A stretch of 64,000 nucleotides of DNA, taken from Candidatus Latescibacterota bacterium. GTDB lineage: Bacteria > Latescibacterota > UBA2968. Below the pieces are notes generated by a model. It worked only from the letters and a program-made list of their open reading frames with translations, did not search any database and was not told the DNA's origin. A program made the translations under genes and the position numbers. The DNA lies in contig OZ241986.1 in NCBI GenBank assembly GCA_965204375.1, positions 2,048,001 to 2,112,000 of the forward strand, read 5' to 3'. This document shows, one piece after another, positions 37,876 to 47,719 of this stretch (the stretch's first letter is position 1; each line of letters begins with the position of its first letter).

Positions 37876-38916
37876 TCAGATATCCTCTCCAGGCGACCAC
37901 GTCACCCGCCCGGCAATCATGTCCTCTAACAACACAAGCTCCCCACCGCGTTCGGCAGATGCATTGGCTCCCAGTACAGCCGCCAGACTGTTCAGCGCAT
38001 CGCCATACGAACTCCGCATCGCAGTGCGATCTCCCTTCCGTATCGCACCGACAAATGCCTCTGTCTGAAACGCAAATGCATTGGGACGGCCATCCCACGC
38101 CGCGACTTCTTCACCATTCAACACGACATTTTGCGCCGACCACTCGAAAAGCGCGTCGTCGGCAACAACTGTCACCTCGCGCCGCGCATAATTCACATTG
38201 GTTAACACCCGCGATGTAGTTGCATTGGCAACCACACCGCTCTTAAATCGATAATTCACATCATAAACATAAGGCATATTGATCGGCTCTGGTCCCTCAC
38301 CTTCTGCACGATAAAAATAAAACGCCGACACCGCTTCGATATCGCCCAGGAAAAAACGCAACAGATCGATCAGGTGAATCGTATTTTCCACGTACGATCC
38401 CCCACATAGAGCCATGCGGCTCGTCCAGTATCGGATATGCCGTCCGCTGTAAAACAACTGCACCTGTGCGTGCCTCGGAATCCGCGCTTCAAGCATCGCC
38501 TTCAGATATTCAGATGAAGGATAATATCGACTCATGAACCCCACCTGGGAAACAATACCCGCGCGGTCAATAGCCTCGTTAAATGCCACAGCCTGAGCCA
38601 TATCCAAACTTTGCGGTTTCTCCACAAAAAGAGCGATCCCCTTCTCCGCAGCGATCAACTCCGCATCCGTATGCAAAGCCGGGGGCAAACACACATAAAC
38701 CCCGTCCAATTCCTCTTTGTCGAACATCTCGCGGTGATCTGTGTAAACAGATTTCGCGCCCCACACCTTTGCCTGCTCAGACGCAACGCCCTGATCCACA
38801 TCGCAAAATGCCTGCAACACCACCTCGCCCTTTTCGACCAATTGGGAGAGGGCTGGCAAATGTGCATTCTGCGGAATATGACCCAATCCGATCATACCCA
38901 CTCGAACGGGTTTCAT
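37876..38916 (-). CDS. Gfo/Idh/MocA oxidoreductase
   Basis: VGMIGLG, FVEKP, VGF..R, IHLIDLLR. Confidence 0.92.
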   Translation of the reverse strand: MKPVRVGMIGLGHIPQNAHLPALSQLVEKGEVVLQAFCDVDQGVASEQAKVWGAKSVYTDHREMFDKEELDGVYVCLPPALHTDAELIAAEKGIALFVEKPQSLDMAQAVAFNEAIDRAGIVSQVGFMSRYYPSSEYLKAMLEARIPRHAQVQLFYSGRHIRYWTSRMALCGGSYVENTIHLIDLLRFFLGDIEAVSAFYFYRAEGEGPEPINMPYVYDVNYRFKSGVVANATTSRVLTNVNYARREVTVVADDALFEWSAQNVVLNGEEVAAWDGRPNAFAFQTEAFVGAIRKGDRTAMRSSYGDALNSLAAVLGANASAERGGELVLLEDMIAGRVTWSPGEDI

Positions 38917-38919
38917 ATA

Positions 38920-39816
38920 CTATCTCCCTTCTATCTCTGCAATCAATTCTCGGGATAATTTCCCACCATCCGACACACGCACACAATCCTCTAACTCATC
39001 AATATCCGATACCCCGCACAACAACATCGACACCCGATTGTCCGACAACAAATAGCGCAAAGCCGTGCGCGTCATGGGTTCATCCACACCTTCAACAATT
39101 TTCTCCACCCGCATTAAATTGTCATACAAATCGGCAAATCGCCCCTGCGCCATCCACTGCTCCCGTTTTGAACCCAACAACCCCGCGTGCAATGGCGAAG
39201 CACAAATCACGGCAACGTCTTCTGATGCTGCCGTGGGAACCAATTCCTCAGTTGCTTCTCGCGTCAGCAAATCGTACTTGCAAAACGTAATCACCGAAAC
39301 AAAAACATCGGTCTCTTTGAGCACCCGAGACATCAAATCCAGATCAGAACCCGTCAGCCCAATATAATCGCAAATTCCCTGAGACTGTATCTCCAACAAT
39401 GTCTCCACAGTTCGCCCCACATCAAACAACCCGGTCCATCCGGCTTTTTCGGCTTCGTGCACCTGCAAAAGATGCACGTGATCGCGCTTTAACCGCTTCA
39501 AACTCGCATCGAGACCGCGCCATACCGCATCGCGTGTATAGTCAAATGGCTCGGGATAATACCCCACCTTTGTCGCCAGATAATACGGCTCTCGCACACC
39601 CGACAGCGCGACGCCCAGCACCTCTTCGCTGCGCCCGCGTCCGTAAAGCGGTGCGGTATCGAAATAATTCACACCCAATTCCAGCGCCCGCTCCACCACC
39701 GCCACGCCATGCGACACCGGTTTTAGCCCCATCTCCGGACGCCCGTAGAACCACGACCCACCAAGCCCTATCTCGCTGACCTCCCATCCCGTCTTGCCAA
39801 ATATCCTGTATTCCAT
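38920..39816 (-). CDS. Aldo/keto reductase
   Basis: MEYR.FGKTG..VS.IGLG, FDTAPLYG, ATKVG, SLKRL, LLQVH; start moved from 39996. Confidence 0.93.
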   Translation of the reverse strand: MEYRIFGKTGWEVSEIGLGGSWFYGRPEMGLKPVSHGVAVVERALELGVNYFDTAPLYGRGRSEEVLGVALSGVREPYYLATKVGYYPEPFDYTRDAVWRGLDASLKRLKRDHVHLLQVHEAEKAGWTGLFDVGRTVETLLEIQSQGICDYIGLTGSDLDLMSRVLKETDVFVSVITFCKYDLLTREATEELVPTAASEDVAVICASPLHAGLLGSKREQWMAQGRFADLYDNLMRVEKIVEGVDEPMTRTALRYLLSDNRVSMLLCGVSDIDELEDCVRVSDGGKLSRELIAEIEGR

Positions 39817-39821
39817 TTCAT

Positions 39822-40496
39822 TCACCGATACCATCGACACAACGTGACATCCGACACAGAAAACGTATAGAGAATACGCAATGCCCACATCTCTACCACA
39901 GTGCGAACAAAGCCCCACTTGCGCCACCGCCGTGTGGAACTGCATACCCGTGCATTGAGCATCACAAATTTGCCCACACGCGCCACACGCGAGCAAAACT
40001 CGGAATCCTCAAACAACTGCAAGGGTGGAAATCCCCCCACAGCGTAAAAAGTCTCTCGCCGGACATAAATCCCCTGATCGCCATAAGTAATCCCCAAATA
40101 TCGGGAGCGCAATGTGCTCAAAAGCGCAACCAACCGAAAACCAATCGTCTTCTCCGACAACCCGAGCCGAAATCGCCCGCCCACCACACCGGATACGCGC
40201 AACGAGTCGCGTATCAACATCAACCCATCAGAGGGCAAAAATGTATCGGCGTGTAAAAACAAAAACACATCGCCCGTCGCCCTTTCCACACCGGCATTCA
40301 TCTGCAGCGCCCGCCCTGCTTTCCCTACCTGAACCCATTGTGCCCTACCAAGTGCCTCAACCACTTCCTGCGTGTCATCCGTACTCCCACCATCTACCAC
40401 AATCAGTTCCACATCCTCAACACCGCAAAACTGTGCCAGACACGCGCCGATAACAGCTTCTTCATTTAGAACGGGAATAATCACACTGATCTGCAC
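39822..40496 (-). CDS. Glycosyltransferase family 2 (TIGR04283-like)
   Basis: SVIIPVLNE, VVDGGS.D, RA.QMNAG, FLHADT, YGDQG, FED. Confidence 0.9.
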   Translation of the reverse strand: MQISVIIPVLNEEAVIGACLAQFCGVEDVELIVVDGGSTDDTQEVVEALGRAQWVQVGKAGRALQMNAGVERATGDVFLFLHADTFLPSDGLMLIRDSLRVSGVVGGRFRLGLSEKTIGFRLVALLSTLRSRYLGITYGDQGIYVRRETFYAVGGFPPLQLFEDSEFCSRVARVGKFVMLNARVCSSTRRWRKWGFVRTVVEMWALRILYTFSVSDVTLCRWYR

Positions 40497-40506
40497 ACCG
40501 ACTCCG

Positions 40507-41061
40507 TTATTTTTTTAGTACATCAAAAAACTGCCGACCATAACTAATCAGTGAAACAATGAGAAACACAACACTCAGACCAATCAGCGCGGGCTTGAGC
40601 ACATCGGCATCCCACAAATAGGCCAAAAGCAACCCACTCAGCACCAGCGTTGTAACCTTGCCCCAAAAATTGGAGGACAACAACACATCGTGTCGCTTGA
40701 CCAGATACATCCCCGCAAAAAAAATCACCACATCGCGCACCAAAACAACCACAACCAGCCATACGGGTAAATCTTTGAACACAACCATGGCAATTGTAAT
40801 CGCCCCAACAGCTACCTTATCGGCCAGAGGATCGAGAATCTTCCCCCACTGTGAAATTTCACCCCACCTGCGCGCGAGCCACCCATCTATCCAATCGCTG
40901 ACAATCATCACCACCACCACGCCGAATGCTTCCCATACGCGATCCGCCCCCAATGAGATAAGCCACACAGCGGGCAGAATCAGCACCGCGCGCAACAAAC
41001 TAACGGCATTTGACAGCGTCCAGAAACGACCGCGTTCAGAACTTTCCATACAACACCTCAT
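40507..41061 (-). CDS. CDP-alcohol phosphatidyltransferase (PgsA-like)
   Basis: SDWIDGWLARR..S.WGKILDPLADK. Confidence 0.92.
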   Translation of the reverse strand: MRCCMESSERGRFWTLSNAVSLLRAVLILPAVWLISLGADRVWEAFGVVVVMIVSDWIDGWLARRWGEISQWGKILDPLADKVAVGAITIAMVVFKDLPVWLVVVVLVRDVVIFFAGMYLVKRHDVLLSSNFWGKVTTLVLSGLLLAYLWDADVLKPALIGLSVVFLIVSLISYGRQFFDVLKK

Positions 41062-41804
41062 GACAACATCAATTTCAGCCCAATTCCCAGAACCAGAACC
41101 AGCACACTGCGGTTAAACCACACAGGGGACAACCGCCGATTCAAAAACAAACCGACCGCAGCCCCCAGGAACAAAGCCGGTAACATCCACACATCCATCA
41201 CCAAACTCTGGAAATTGATCAATCCCAAAAAAACATAAGGCGTCAACTTCAAAAGATTCAAAGCAATGCCAAAAATCCACGCAGTACCCACAAACGTGCG
41301 CCCAATCAGACCCTGTGGCAACAAATACAACATCAAAATCACGCCCCCCGCAGAAACCAATGTGGAAACCGCCCCCAAAGTCACGCCAACGCCAAAACGC
41401 ATCCACGGTCCCGGCGGTTTCACATTCACCAGCACCCGGTCCCTCATGGTCTGTAGCACTGCAAAAATACATGCCAGAGCGCCCAACATGCGCCGAAACC
41501 AGACCTCTGGCACAATATCCAGAATACCCGCACCAATCAAAATACCCAGCACCATGCCGGGCATCAATGCCTTGACATGGTCCCCAACCCAGTGCCCCCA
41601 GTAGTACCGCGCACTGATCACATCGGTCGCCAGAGAAAGTGGCAAAACAAGCCCCAGCGCGGACTTCGCGGGCACTGCGAGCGCGAGAACCGGCACAGCT
41701 ACCACACCAATGCCACCGCCAAATCCCGCACGCATCACGCCAATCAAAAAACCACCAACCCCCAACACGACAAAATCAATTATATCCAAACAATCCACCT
41801 TCAC
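41058..41804 (-). CDS. TauE/SafE family membrane exporter
   Basis: GFGGG.G...VP.L, LPL....D, N..KL.PY..LG; about 8 TM helices. Confidence 0.85.
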   Translation of the reverse strand: MKVDCLDIIDFVVLGVGGFLIGVMRAGFGGGIGVVAVPVLALAVPAKSALGLVLPLSLATDVISARYYWGHWVGDHVKALMPGMVLGILIGAGILDIVPEVWFRRMLGALACIFAVLQTMRDRVLVNVKPPGPWMRFGVGVTLGAVSTLVSAGGVILMLYLLPQGLIGRTFVGTAWIFGIALNLLKLTPYVFLGLINFQSLVMDVWMLPALFLGAAVGLFLNRRLSPVWFNRSVLVLVLGIGLKLMLS

Positions 41805-42610
41805 ACTTCATCCTTCACACTTCCTCTCCATATCTCAAACGCATTTGCCGCAGGTCCCACCAGAAACAGCGCGTAAAACGGCGCGTAAATCGCTTCATTC
41901 AAGCGCAAAACCATCTCGACAAAAGCCACCAGAAACGCGACAAAGCACTGTCCTTTTCGCGTCAACACAGTCGTTCTGGGATCTGTAATCATAAAAAAAA
42001 TGAACAACTGATACATCGGTCCTGTAATCGGTGCAATACTCGTCAAATACGCCTGCCCGGTAAATGCGCAGCGAATAAGAGCAAAGGCCAAAAACGAAAT
42101 AACATATACCGCGCAAATATGAAACCGCCTCAATCGCCAGAGCGCAGCACTCCCCAGAATCCAGATAATTACCATTGTCCATAGGGTATTGCCCCACTGA
42201 ATGCTCAACCCCGCCACCACTTCAGGGGCGAGAAACAGCATAATACTCACCCCAAAATTGGACGGATTCCACAAATGCCTGCCGCGCCATCGCAACACAT
42301 ACTTAGATGCAATAGACAACACACTGCACAACACATAAGGCCAAAACAGAGGCGAGCGGATCAAAATGCCCACACTGATCCCGGTAATATACGCACTGAC
42401 CAGCCCCGGCCACACACCCCACGTCAACCGGCCCAATGCAAATTCCGTCAGCACGCTACTCAGGATAGCTGTCAGCGTCTGCCCCAGGCTCTCCAAAAAG
42501 CCAAAAGTAACCTGTCCCCCAATCAGAATGCACGTAATCAATGCCGGCGACAAATAGCGGCTTTGCAACCCCGCCCAGACCGACTGCCAGAACCCGCTCG
42601 CTCGATCCAT
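41801..42610 (-). CDS. UnbU/RnfD-NqrB-like membrane protein
   Basis: SAYITG.S, SKYVLR..GRH.WNPSNFG, LF.FFMITDP.T; short and directly after an UnbV-like gene. Confidence 0.75.
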   Translation of the reverse strand: MDRASGFWQSVWAGLQSRYLSPALITCILIGGQVTFGFLESLGQTLTAILSSVLTEFALGRLTWGVWPGLVSAYITGISVGILIRSPLFWPYVLCSVLSIASKYVLRWRGRHLWNPSNFGVSIMLFLAPEVVAGLSIQWGNTLWTMVIIWILGSAALWRLRRFHICAVYVISFLAFALIRCAFTGQAYLTSIAPITGPMYQLFIFFMITDPRTTVLTRKGQCFVAFLVAFVEMVLRLNEAIYAPFYALFLVGPAANAFEIWRGSVKDEV

Positions 42611-42611
42611 T

Positions 42612-44408
42612 TCAATTCTCTAAAATCCGATGCATCCGCCGCACATCGGGCGCGTAAAACATCTGTACCTGTCCCGACGGCCAGCGTATTGAAACGCTAT
42701 CAACCGCCACGCCCTCGCCTAAACCAAAATGCAGCGGGCGTTGATTCTGTGCGGCATAGCCGCTACCGCCCAACACCTCCTGCACCTGCACCTCGTCATT
42801 CCAAAACACCTGCACCCGCGCCCCAATCGCACTGCGATTGCTCTGCTGCCCAACCAGCTCGAATCCAATCCAGTTTGCCTCTGCCCGCACTGTGTTGCGG
42901 TACAACAAAAGCGGTCCCCGCTGATTGGCCACCACCACATCCAGTACCCCCCGGTTCCACAGATCGGCCAGAGCCACAGCTCGCCCATCGAATCGATCCC
43001 GAACACCCACTGCCTGTGCCACCTCGACAAATTGTCCCGCCCCGTCGTTCACCCAAACGCGCTTGGTCTGATGACCTGCCAAACTTCTGCCTCGCATCGG
43101 AGGCCAGTTTTTCGCATCAGAAATAATCGCGCTATGCCCGCCCGCCACCTGAGAAAAATCGTACCAATAATTCCCATTTCCATCTGCCGAAACATACCCA
43201 TTGGTCAAAACGAGATCCAGCGCCCCATCGTTGTTCAAATCCCCAAACTGCGCGCCAAAACTCCACCCACCCAGATCCACGCCCATCGCCCCGGCCAGAT
43301 TTTCAAACCGCAAGGTCTCGTCTCCCATGGGCACCCACAAATTATTCCCCTGAATGAGAACACCCGCCTGAGATATATTGGTCTCGTAAATTGCCAGATC
43401 TCCTCGATTCAGCACATCGCCAAATGCGGCATTCATACCGCTCTTAGGCTGGCGCCCTACCCCAGCTTGCTCTCCCATCTCGACAAACTGCTTCCCCCCC
43501 TCGTTCACATACAACTCGGAAATCCCGTAATCATTGGACAAAAACAAATCGGGAAACCCGGAGCCGTTCAAATCCGCTGCCGCCACCGCCAGAGTCCATC
43601 TTCTGCTCCTGATCCCGACCCTCATCGTCACATCTTCAAATGTCCCATCGCCCGAGTTCCTCAGCAAATACTTTCGCCCTCCATTATTCGCATATTCAAA
43701 ACTCTCCGGCATCATCCGCGTAGTCTCCAAATCCCACAAATTCAGGGACTCGGGCCAGTAACCCGCCACAAAAATATCCAGATACCCATCGCAATCGTAA
43801 TCTACCCAAATCGCACTCCCGGCATTGATCCACCCGGGCAAACTCGCTGTTTCCGTCACGCGCTCAAACGCCTTCCCCTCCAGATTGCGAAACAACTCGG
43901 GACGGCCCCATTTATACAAAAACAAATCTTCGAACCCATCGTTGTCATAATCCCCCCACACGGACCCCATACTCACACCCGCCCGATTCACATCTGCCAC
44001 GCCCAAATCGGTCGCTACATCGCGGAAACCCGTTCCCTCTATATTGCGATACAACCGATTCAAACTACCCCTGCGACTACTGGCCACATACAAATCCTGC
44101 CAACCATCCCGGTCGTAATCCACAACCGATACCGCCGCGCCCATTGAAGCAATAATCGGCATAATATGATCCAGCTTTGCATCCAACACAGGAACTTCAT
44201 GTACAAAATCAATCCCCACCTGTTTTCCAACTTCTTTCAGGTAAAATCCATATCGCTCAGAGCCTGTGCCACTCACTTTCTCCTCTTGCTCACCACCCCA
44301 CTTCATCGCGCCCAATGCCACCAGCAACAGCCCAAAAAACACCACCACCAGAATCCGTACGACGCGATTGGGACGCCTCCCATCTGTACTGCTATCTTCC
44401 CGATTCAT
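42612..44408 (-). CDS. CRTAC1/ASPIC-UnbV family protein (UnbV-like), N-terminal membrane anchor
   Basis: Multiple DYD.DG..D FG-GAP loops; NRSAIGARV..G.GY.AQ....HFGLG...IRWPSG. Confidence 0.9.
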   Translation of the reverse strand: MNREDSSTDGRRPNRVVRILVVVFFGLLLVALGAMKWGGEQEEKVSGTGSERYGFYLKEVGKQVGIDFVHEVPVLDAKLDHIMPIIASMGAAVSVVDYDRDGWQDLYVASSRRGSLNRLYRNIEGTGFRDVATDLGVADVNRAGVSMGSVWGDYDNDGFEDLFLYKWGRPELFRNLEGKAFERVTETASLPGWINAGSAIWVDYDCDGYLDIFVAGYWPESLNLWDLETTRMMPESFEYANNGGRKYLLRNSGDGTFEDVTMRVGIRSRRWTLAVAAADLNGSGFPDLFLSNDYGISELYVNEGGKQFVEMGEQAGVGRQPKSGMNAAFGDVLNRGDLAIYETNISQAGVLIQGNNLWVPMGDETLRFENLAGAMGVDLGGWSFGAQFGDLNNDGALDLVLTNGYVSADGNGNYWYDFSQVAGGHSAIISDAKNWPPMRGRSLAGHQTKRVWVNDGAGQFVEVAQAVGVRDRFDGRAVALADLWNRGVLDVVVANQRGPLLLYRNTVRAEANWIGFELVGQQSNRSAIGARVQVFWNDEVQVQEVLGGSGYAAQNQRPLHFGLGEGVAVDSVSIRWPSGQVQMFYAPDVRRMHRILEN

Positions 44409-47400
44409 GGCCTGTCATTCCTCAGTGCCCGATCAAACCAATCGGGCGTCACATACCGCGTGTGAAACCGCTGCCAGTCCTCTGCATTGCGCTTAAACAC
44501 CGGATCATCTTCAAGTGTTTCAGGCGCGCGATCATAAGACAAAACCCCATGTGCCGGCAAGGGCAACACCGTCGTTGAAAAAGCCGTATTATAATCGCCA
44601 TCCTTAACCCATCCGTCGCCTTTCAAAACAAAATTCCGCACCTGCTCTCCAGGATTGGGCAAAGCAGCAAACAGCAACTGGATTTCATCTCCCGCATTCA
44701 CAATCGCATATCGGTCATCAACCTGTGCCAGCAATGGCTCTACATCTCCATATCGCGTGTAATACCCCACGAGATCTCGCCACATTTGAGAAGTCCCACT
44801 AAGCACGTCATAATCCGGCACCTCGGGCGAACTCACATCTGCCGTCACATGAGAAAACCCGCGATAACGCAACTGCGCGCGCGCCAAAGGCACAGATTGA
44901 ATCGTCATCACACTGTCTTCAAGCGGCACGGCCCACGCCAAACGATCCCAATAAATTTCCAAATTGGTCTGCAATCTAAATTTTCGGGGAATATCTCGCG
45001 GAAAAACACCACTCAGATCGATCAACACCGTCTTGCGCTTTCCGGCAGGAAAACCCAGATCGGGATACACGACGCGCCAATCAGTCCCATCAAATACATG
45101 CAGTGAAAGTCCCTGGGGCGGCGGATGGCTACCCTGTCCCAGCGCCACATTGATCGAACTATCCGTCGGGTGAATCCATCCTTGACCGACCAGCCACAGA
45201 GAACCTTCTCTGGGCACCTCGTCTCCCACCACCACCTCCACATAGTGCTCTCGCGTCACCCCTTGATACATACCCCGCCCAAAAGTATCCACATACTGTC
45301 CATCCCGAACCCGCACCCTATCGGTCATATCGCGCCCTCGATCATCTTTCACAATGACAAAAGGGCGGGGCTGCGTAGTCGCGTAAATCTCAAGTGATGG
45401 CGCAACCTGGGCAAAACGCTCATCCACAAAAATCGACGTTCCCTCGGGATGATCAACCGCAACGAGAGACACCCAATCGACAAAATGCGTCTCCCACAAC
45501 TCGCCCGTAATCCGGATATCGTACACCCCATTTTGAGCAGCCAATTGATCACCTCTGATCTTCACCCAATCTTCCGTCTGAGCAATACCCGCAACCACCT
45601 GGGCATTGATCCGCATGCCCAGAGGTGACCGCCACAAAAAATCCGTTACAAACCCCATCTCCGACCCATTGTGCGCAAAAACCCAGGGACACGACCCCTT
45701 CAACCGCTGTACAGCACGCACCACCTGATCCACCTCCAGATCAAACTCCACCTGAGGCATCCCATTGGGCCACACAATCCGCACGAGATCTGCCCCCGTA
45801 TAAGTCCCCAACCCAAAATGCACCACTGGATCCGTCACCACTTGCTTCTGGTAAAACACACCAGAACGCAACTCCATTTCTGAACCCAAACCCAGTGCAT
45901 TGATCCGCCCATCGCCCAGTGCCTTTCCGCCCTGGGGACGAATCGCCTGCCAGTGATACGCCAAATTGCCTCGATTCACCAGTTGCAACGCCTCGCCTGC
46001 ATTCGAAACACCCAGCAAATCGAGCCGACCATCGCCCGTCAAATCCGCCACACCAGTCACTCGTGCTTGCAGGTCCAGAGCATGATAAGTCGCCTCCGAC
46101 GCCAGATAGGCGCGTTTGCCAAACACCAGATCCAGCGCGCCATTATTATCCAGATCCGCTATGAGAAGAGGAACAGGACCAGTGGTTGAATTCCCTTGAA
46201 TCAGCGTGCGTATCTCCCCTTGCGACACAGCGATCACAGCGCCATCTCGATCTACAACCACGCGCTCTAAGCGCCCATCTCGATCCAGATCTCCCGCGCT
46301 TAACGCAATCCCATTTACCGCCTTTTTTGACCCCGGTGTAAATACACCCGCTCTCTCGTTGATCGCCTCGATCAACTGCCCTTCCCGATCCAGCATCGCC
46401 GCATCGGGATCGCCATCTCCATCGCAATCTACCCACACAAAACCCCTCAGTCCATCTACATTACCGAAGAGTTCTCGCGCTACAAACGAACCATCCCCAT
46501 TATTCTGCAACACGAGAGGCGGCCCTGTAGAACGCCCCAACACGAAATCGACATCGCCATCCATCTCTACATCCGCTCCCCAAACACCAGCCATCTCTCT
46601 TTCGTCCAACCCGATGGAATCTGTCACATCCTCAATCCCACCATCCCCAGTACGCCGAAACAATCGAAAACCCTCTGACCCCACCAGCGCCAGATCTAAC
46701 GCAAAATCGTTATTCCAATCAACCGTCAGCATCCCATCCATCCCCGACACATCGGAAAAATCGAGCGCAATCCCCTCCGTTCCCCGCACTTGAGAAACAC
46801 TTGCAGCAACCACCTCTACCTCTTCTTTCGACCAGAAAGGCTTGAGCACCTGCCAATCACTTCCCTCCAAACCCGCAACGAGTTCGGGTTCAAAGTACAT
46901 GTCCAAATCCGCAGGCGACGGCATAGCCTGGGGCGCCCTGAGCTTCAAAAATTCAACCACGGGATCTCCCAGGCGTTCAGCCGGGACAATCAGCGCATCC
47001 AGAGCGCGTCGATACATCGGATCGCGCAACAACACATTGTGCAAAAACATCGCCTGCAAAGTGCTCTCCCCTTCCGCCTCACCCTGCAACCGTTGCAACT
47101 GCACCTGCGCCGCATCTGGCCAGCCTTCTGCCCACGCGCCCAACTTCTCCACCGATGCGCGCAGAGCCTCTTCATCGCCCCGTTTGCCCGCCTGCCTCGC
47201 CCGCTCCAGCCACAACGCAGGATTGTCCGGCACCTGTTTAATCAGGGCTTCCAATTGCACCCAAACCTCCTGATCGCTACCTGCTCCTCCTCGCCGTTCA
47301 ACCTCCTTTATCAGCGCGTACTGCGCCTTCACAAGCCCCTGTTGCGCCGCTTCCTCAAAAAACGCGATAGCAGCATCGGATTGTCCTCTACTGCGCTCAA

Positions 47401-47719
47401 CCAATCCCTGTAACATCGAGATCGCACCGCTCTCGGGCATCTGTGAACGCGCTGTCTCCAGGTCTTTTGCAGCCCCGTCGTAATCCCCGCGCCGCAACCG
47501 CAACACCCCGCGATTTGCCCACGCAGCCGGCTCATCGGGTTCCATTGTAAGGGCACGGCTCAAACTGGCATCCGCCCGGTCAAAAGCACCCACCTCCAGC
47601 GCGAACACACCCGTATAGAATGCAGAGACATAATCCGCGGATGGCGTAGCCATCTCCTCCTCTCCGCATCCAAGCCCCAACACCACCAACAACCCGATCA
47701 TGCGACGAATATCAAGCAT
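44405..47719 (-). CDS. Lipoprotein: TPR + FG-GAP + ASPIC/UnbV + extra C-terminal domain
   Basis: Lipobox GLGC; TPRs; D.D.DG loops; VHFGLG..RIVWPNG; KGSCP followed by about 420 aa; RBS GAAGGAG; start moved from 47770. Confidence 0.85.
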   Translation of the reverse strand: MLDIRRMIGLLVVLGLGCGEEEMATPSADYVSAFYTGVFALEVGAFDRADASLSRALTMEPDEPAAWANRGVLRLRRGDYDGAAKDLETARSQMPESGAISMLQGLVERSRGQSDAAIAFFEEAAQQGLVKAQYALIKEVERRGGAGSDQEVWVQLEALIKQVPDNPALWLERARQAGKRGDEEALRASVEKLGAWAEGWPDAAQVQLQRLQGEAEGESTLQAMFLHNVLLRDPMYRRALDALIVPAERLGDPVVEFLKLRAPQAMPSPADLDMYFEPELVAGLEGSDWQVLKPFWSKEEVEVVAASVSQVRGTEGIALDFSDVSGMDGMLTVDWNNDFALDLALVGSEGFRLFRRTGDGGIEDVTDSIGLDEREMAGVWGADVEMDGDVDFVLGRSTGPPLVLQNNGDGSFVARELFGNVDGLRGFVWVDCDGDGDPDAAMLDREGQLIEAINERAGVFTPGSKKAVNGIALSAGDLDRDGRLERVVVDRDGAVIAVSQGEIRTLIQGNSTTGPVPLLIADLDNNGALDLVFGKRAYLASEATYHALDLQARVTGVADLTGDGRLDLLGVSNAGEALQLVNRGNLAYHWQAIRPQGGKALGDGRINALGLGSEMELRSGVFYQKQVVTDPVVHFGLGTYTGADLVRIVWPNGMPQVEFDLEVDQVVRAVQRLKGSCPWVFAHNGSEMGFVTDFLWRSPLGMRINAQVVAGIAQTEDWVKIRGDQLAAQNGVYDIRITGELWETHFVDWVSLVAVDHPEGTSIFVDERFAQVAPSLEIYATTQPRPFVIVKDDRGRDMTDRVRVRDGQYVDTFGRGMYQGVTREHYVEVVVGDEVPREGSLWLVGQGWIHPTDSSINVALGQGSHPPPQGLSLHVFDGTDWRVVYPDLGFPAGKRKTVLIDLSGVFPRDIPRKFRLQTNLEIYWDRLAWAVPLEDSVMTIQSVPLARAQLRYRGFSHVTADVSSPEVPDYDVLSGTSQMWRDLVGYYTRYGDVEPLLAQVDDRYAIVNAGDEIQLLFAALPNPGEQVRNFVLKGDGWVKDGDYNTAFSTTVLPLPAHGVLSYDRAPETLEDDPVFKRNAEDWQRFHTRYVTPDWFDRALRNDRP

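Noticed and set aside
39822-40496. Arsenosugar or selenium-related biosynthetic cluster
   Set aside because: Only the GT2 gene is present; no radical SAM, methyltransferase or partner transferase nearby.
41799-41823. Heptamer repeat CTTCACA/CTTCATC at a gene junction
   Set aside because: Only about 3.5 degenerate units inside overlapping coding ends; could be chance.
42729-44147. 472-aa + strand ORF and similar long antisense ORFs (58513-59607, 61674-62609, 14269-14979)
   Set aside because: Shadow frames of well-supported genes with P/H/Q/R-rich composition and no motifs.
41801-44408. Enediyne biosynthetic cluster or Rnf/Nqr respiratory operon
   Set aside because: No PKS, thioesterase or other Rnf/Nqr subunits in the window.
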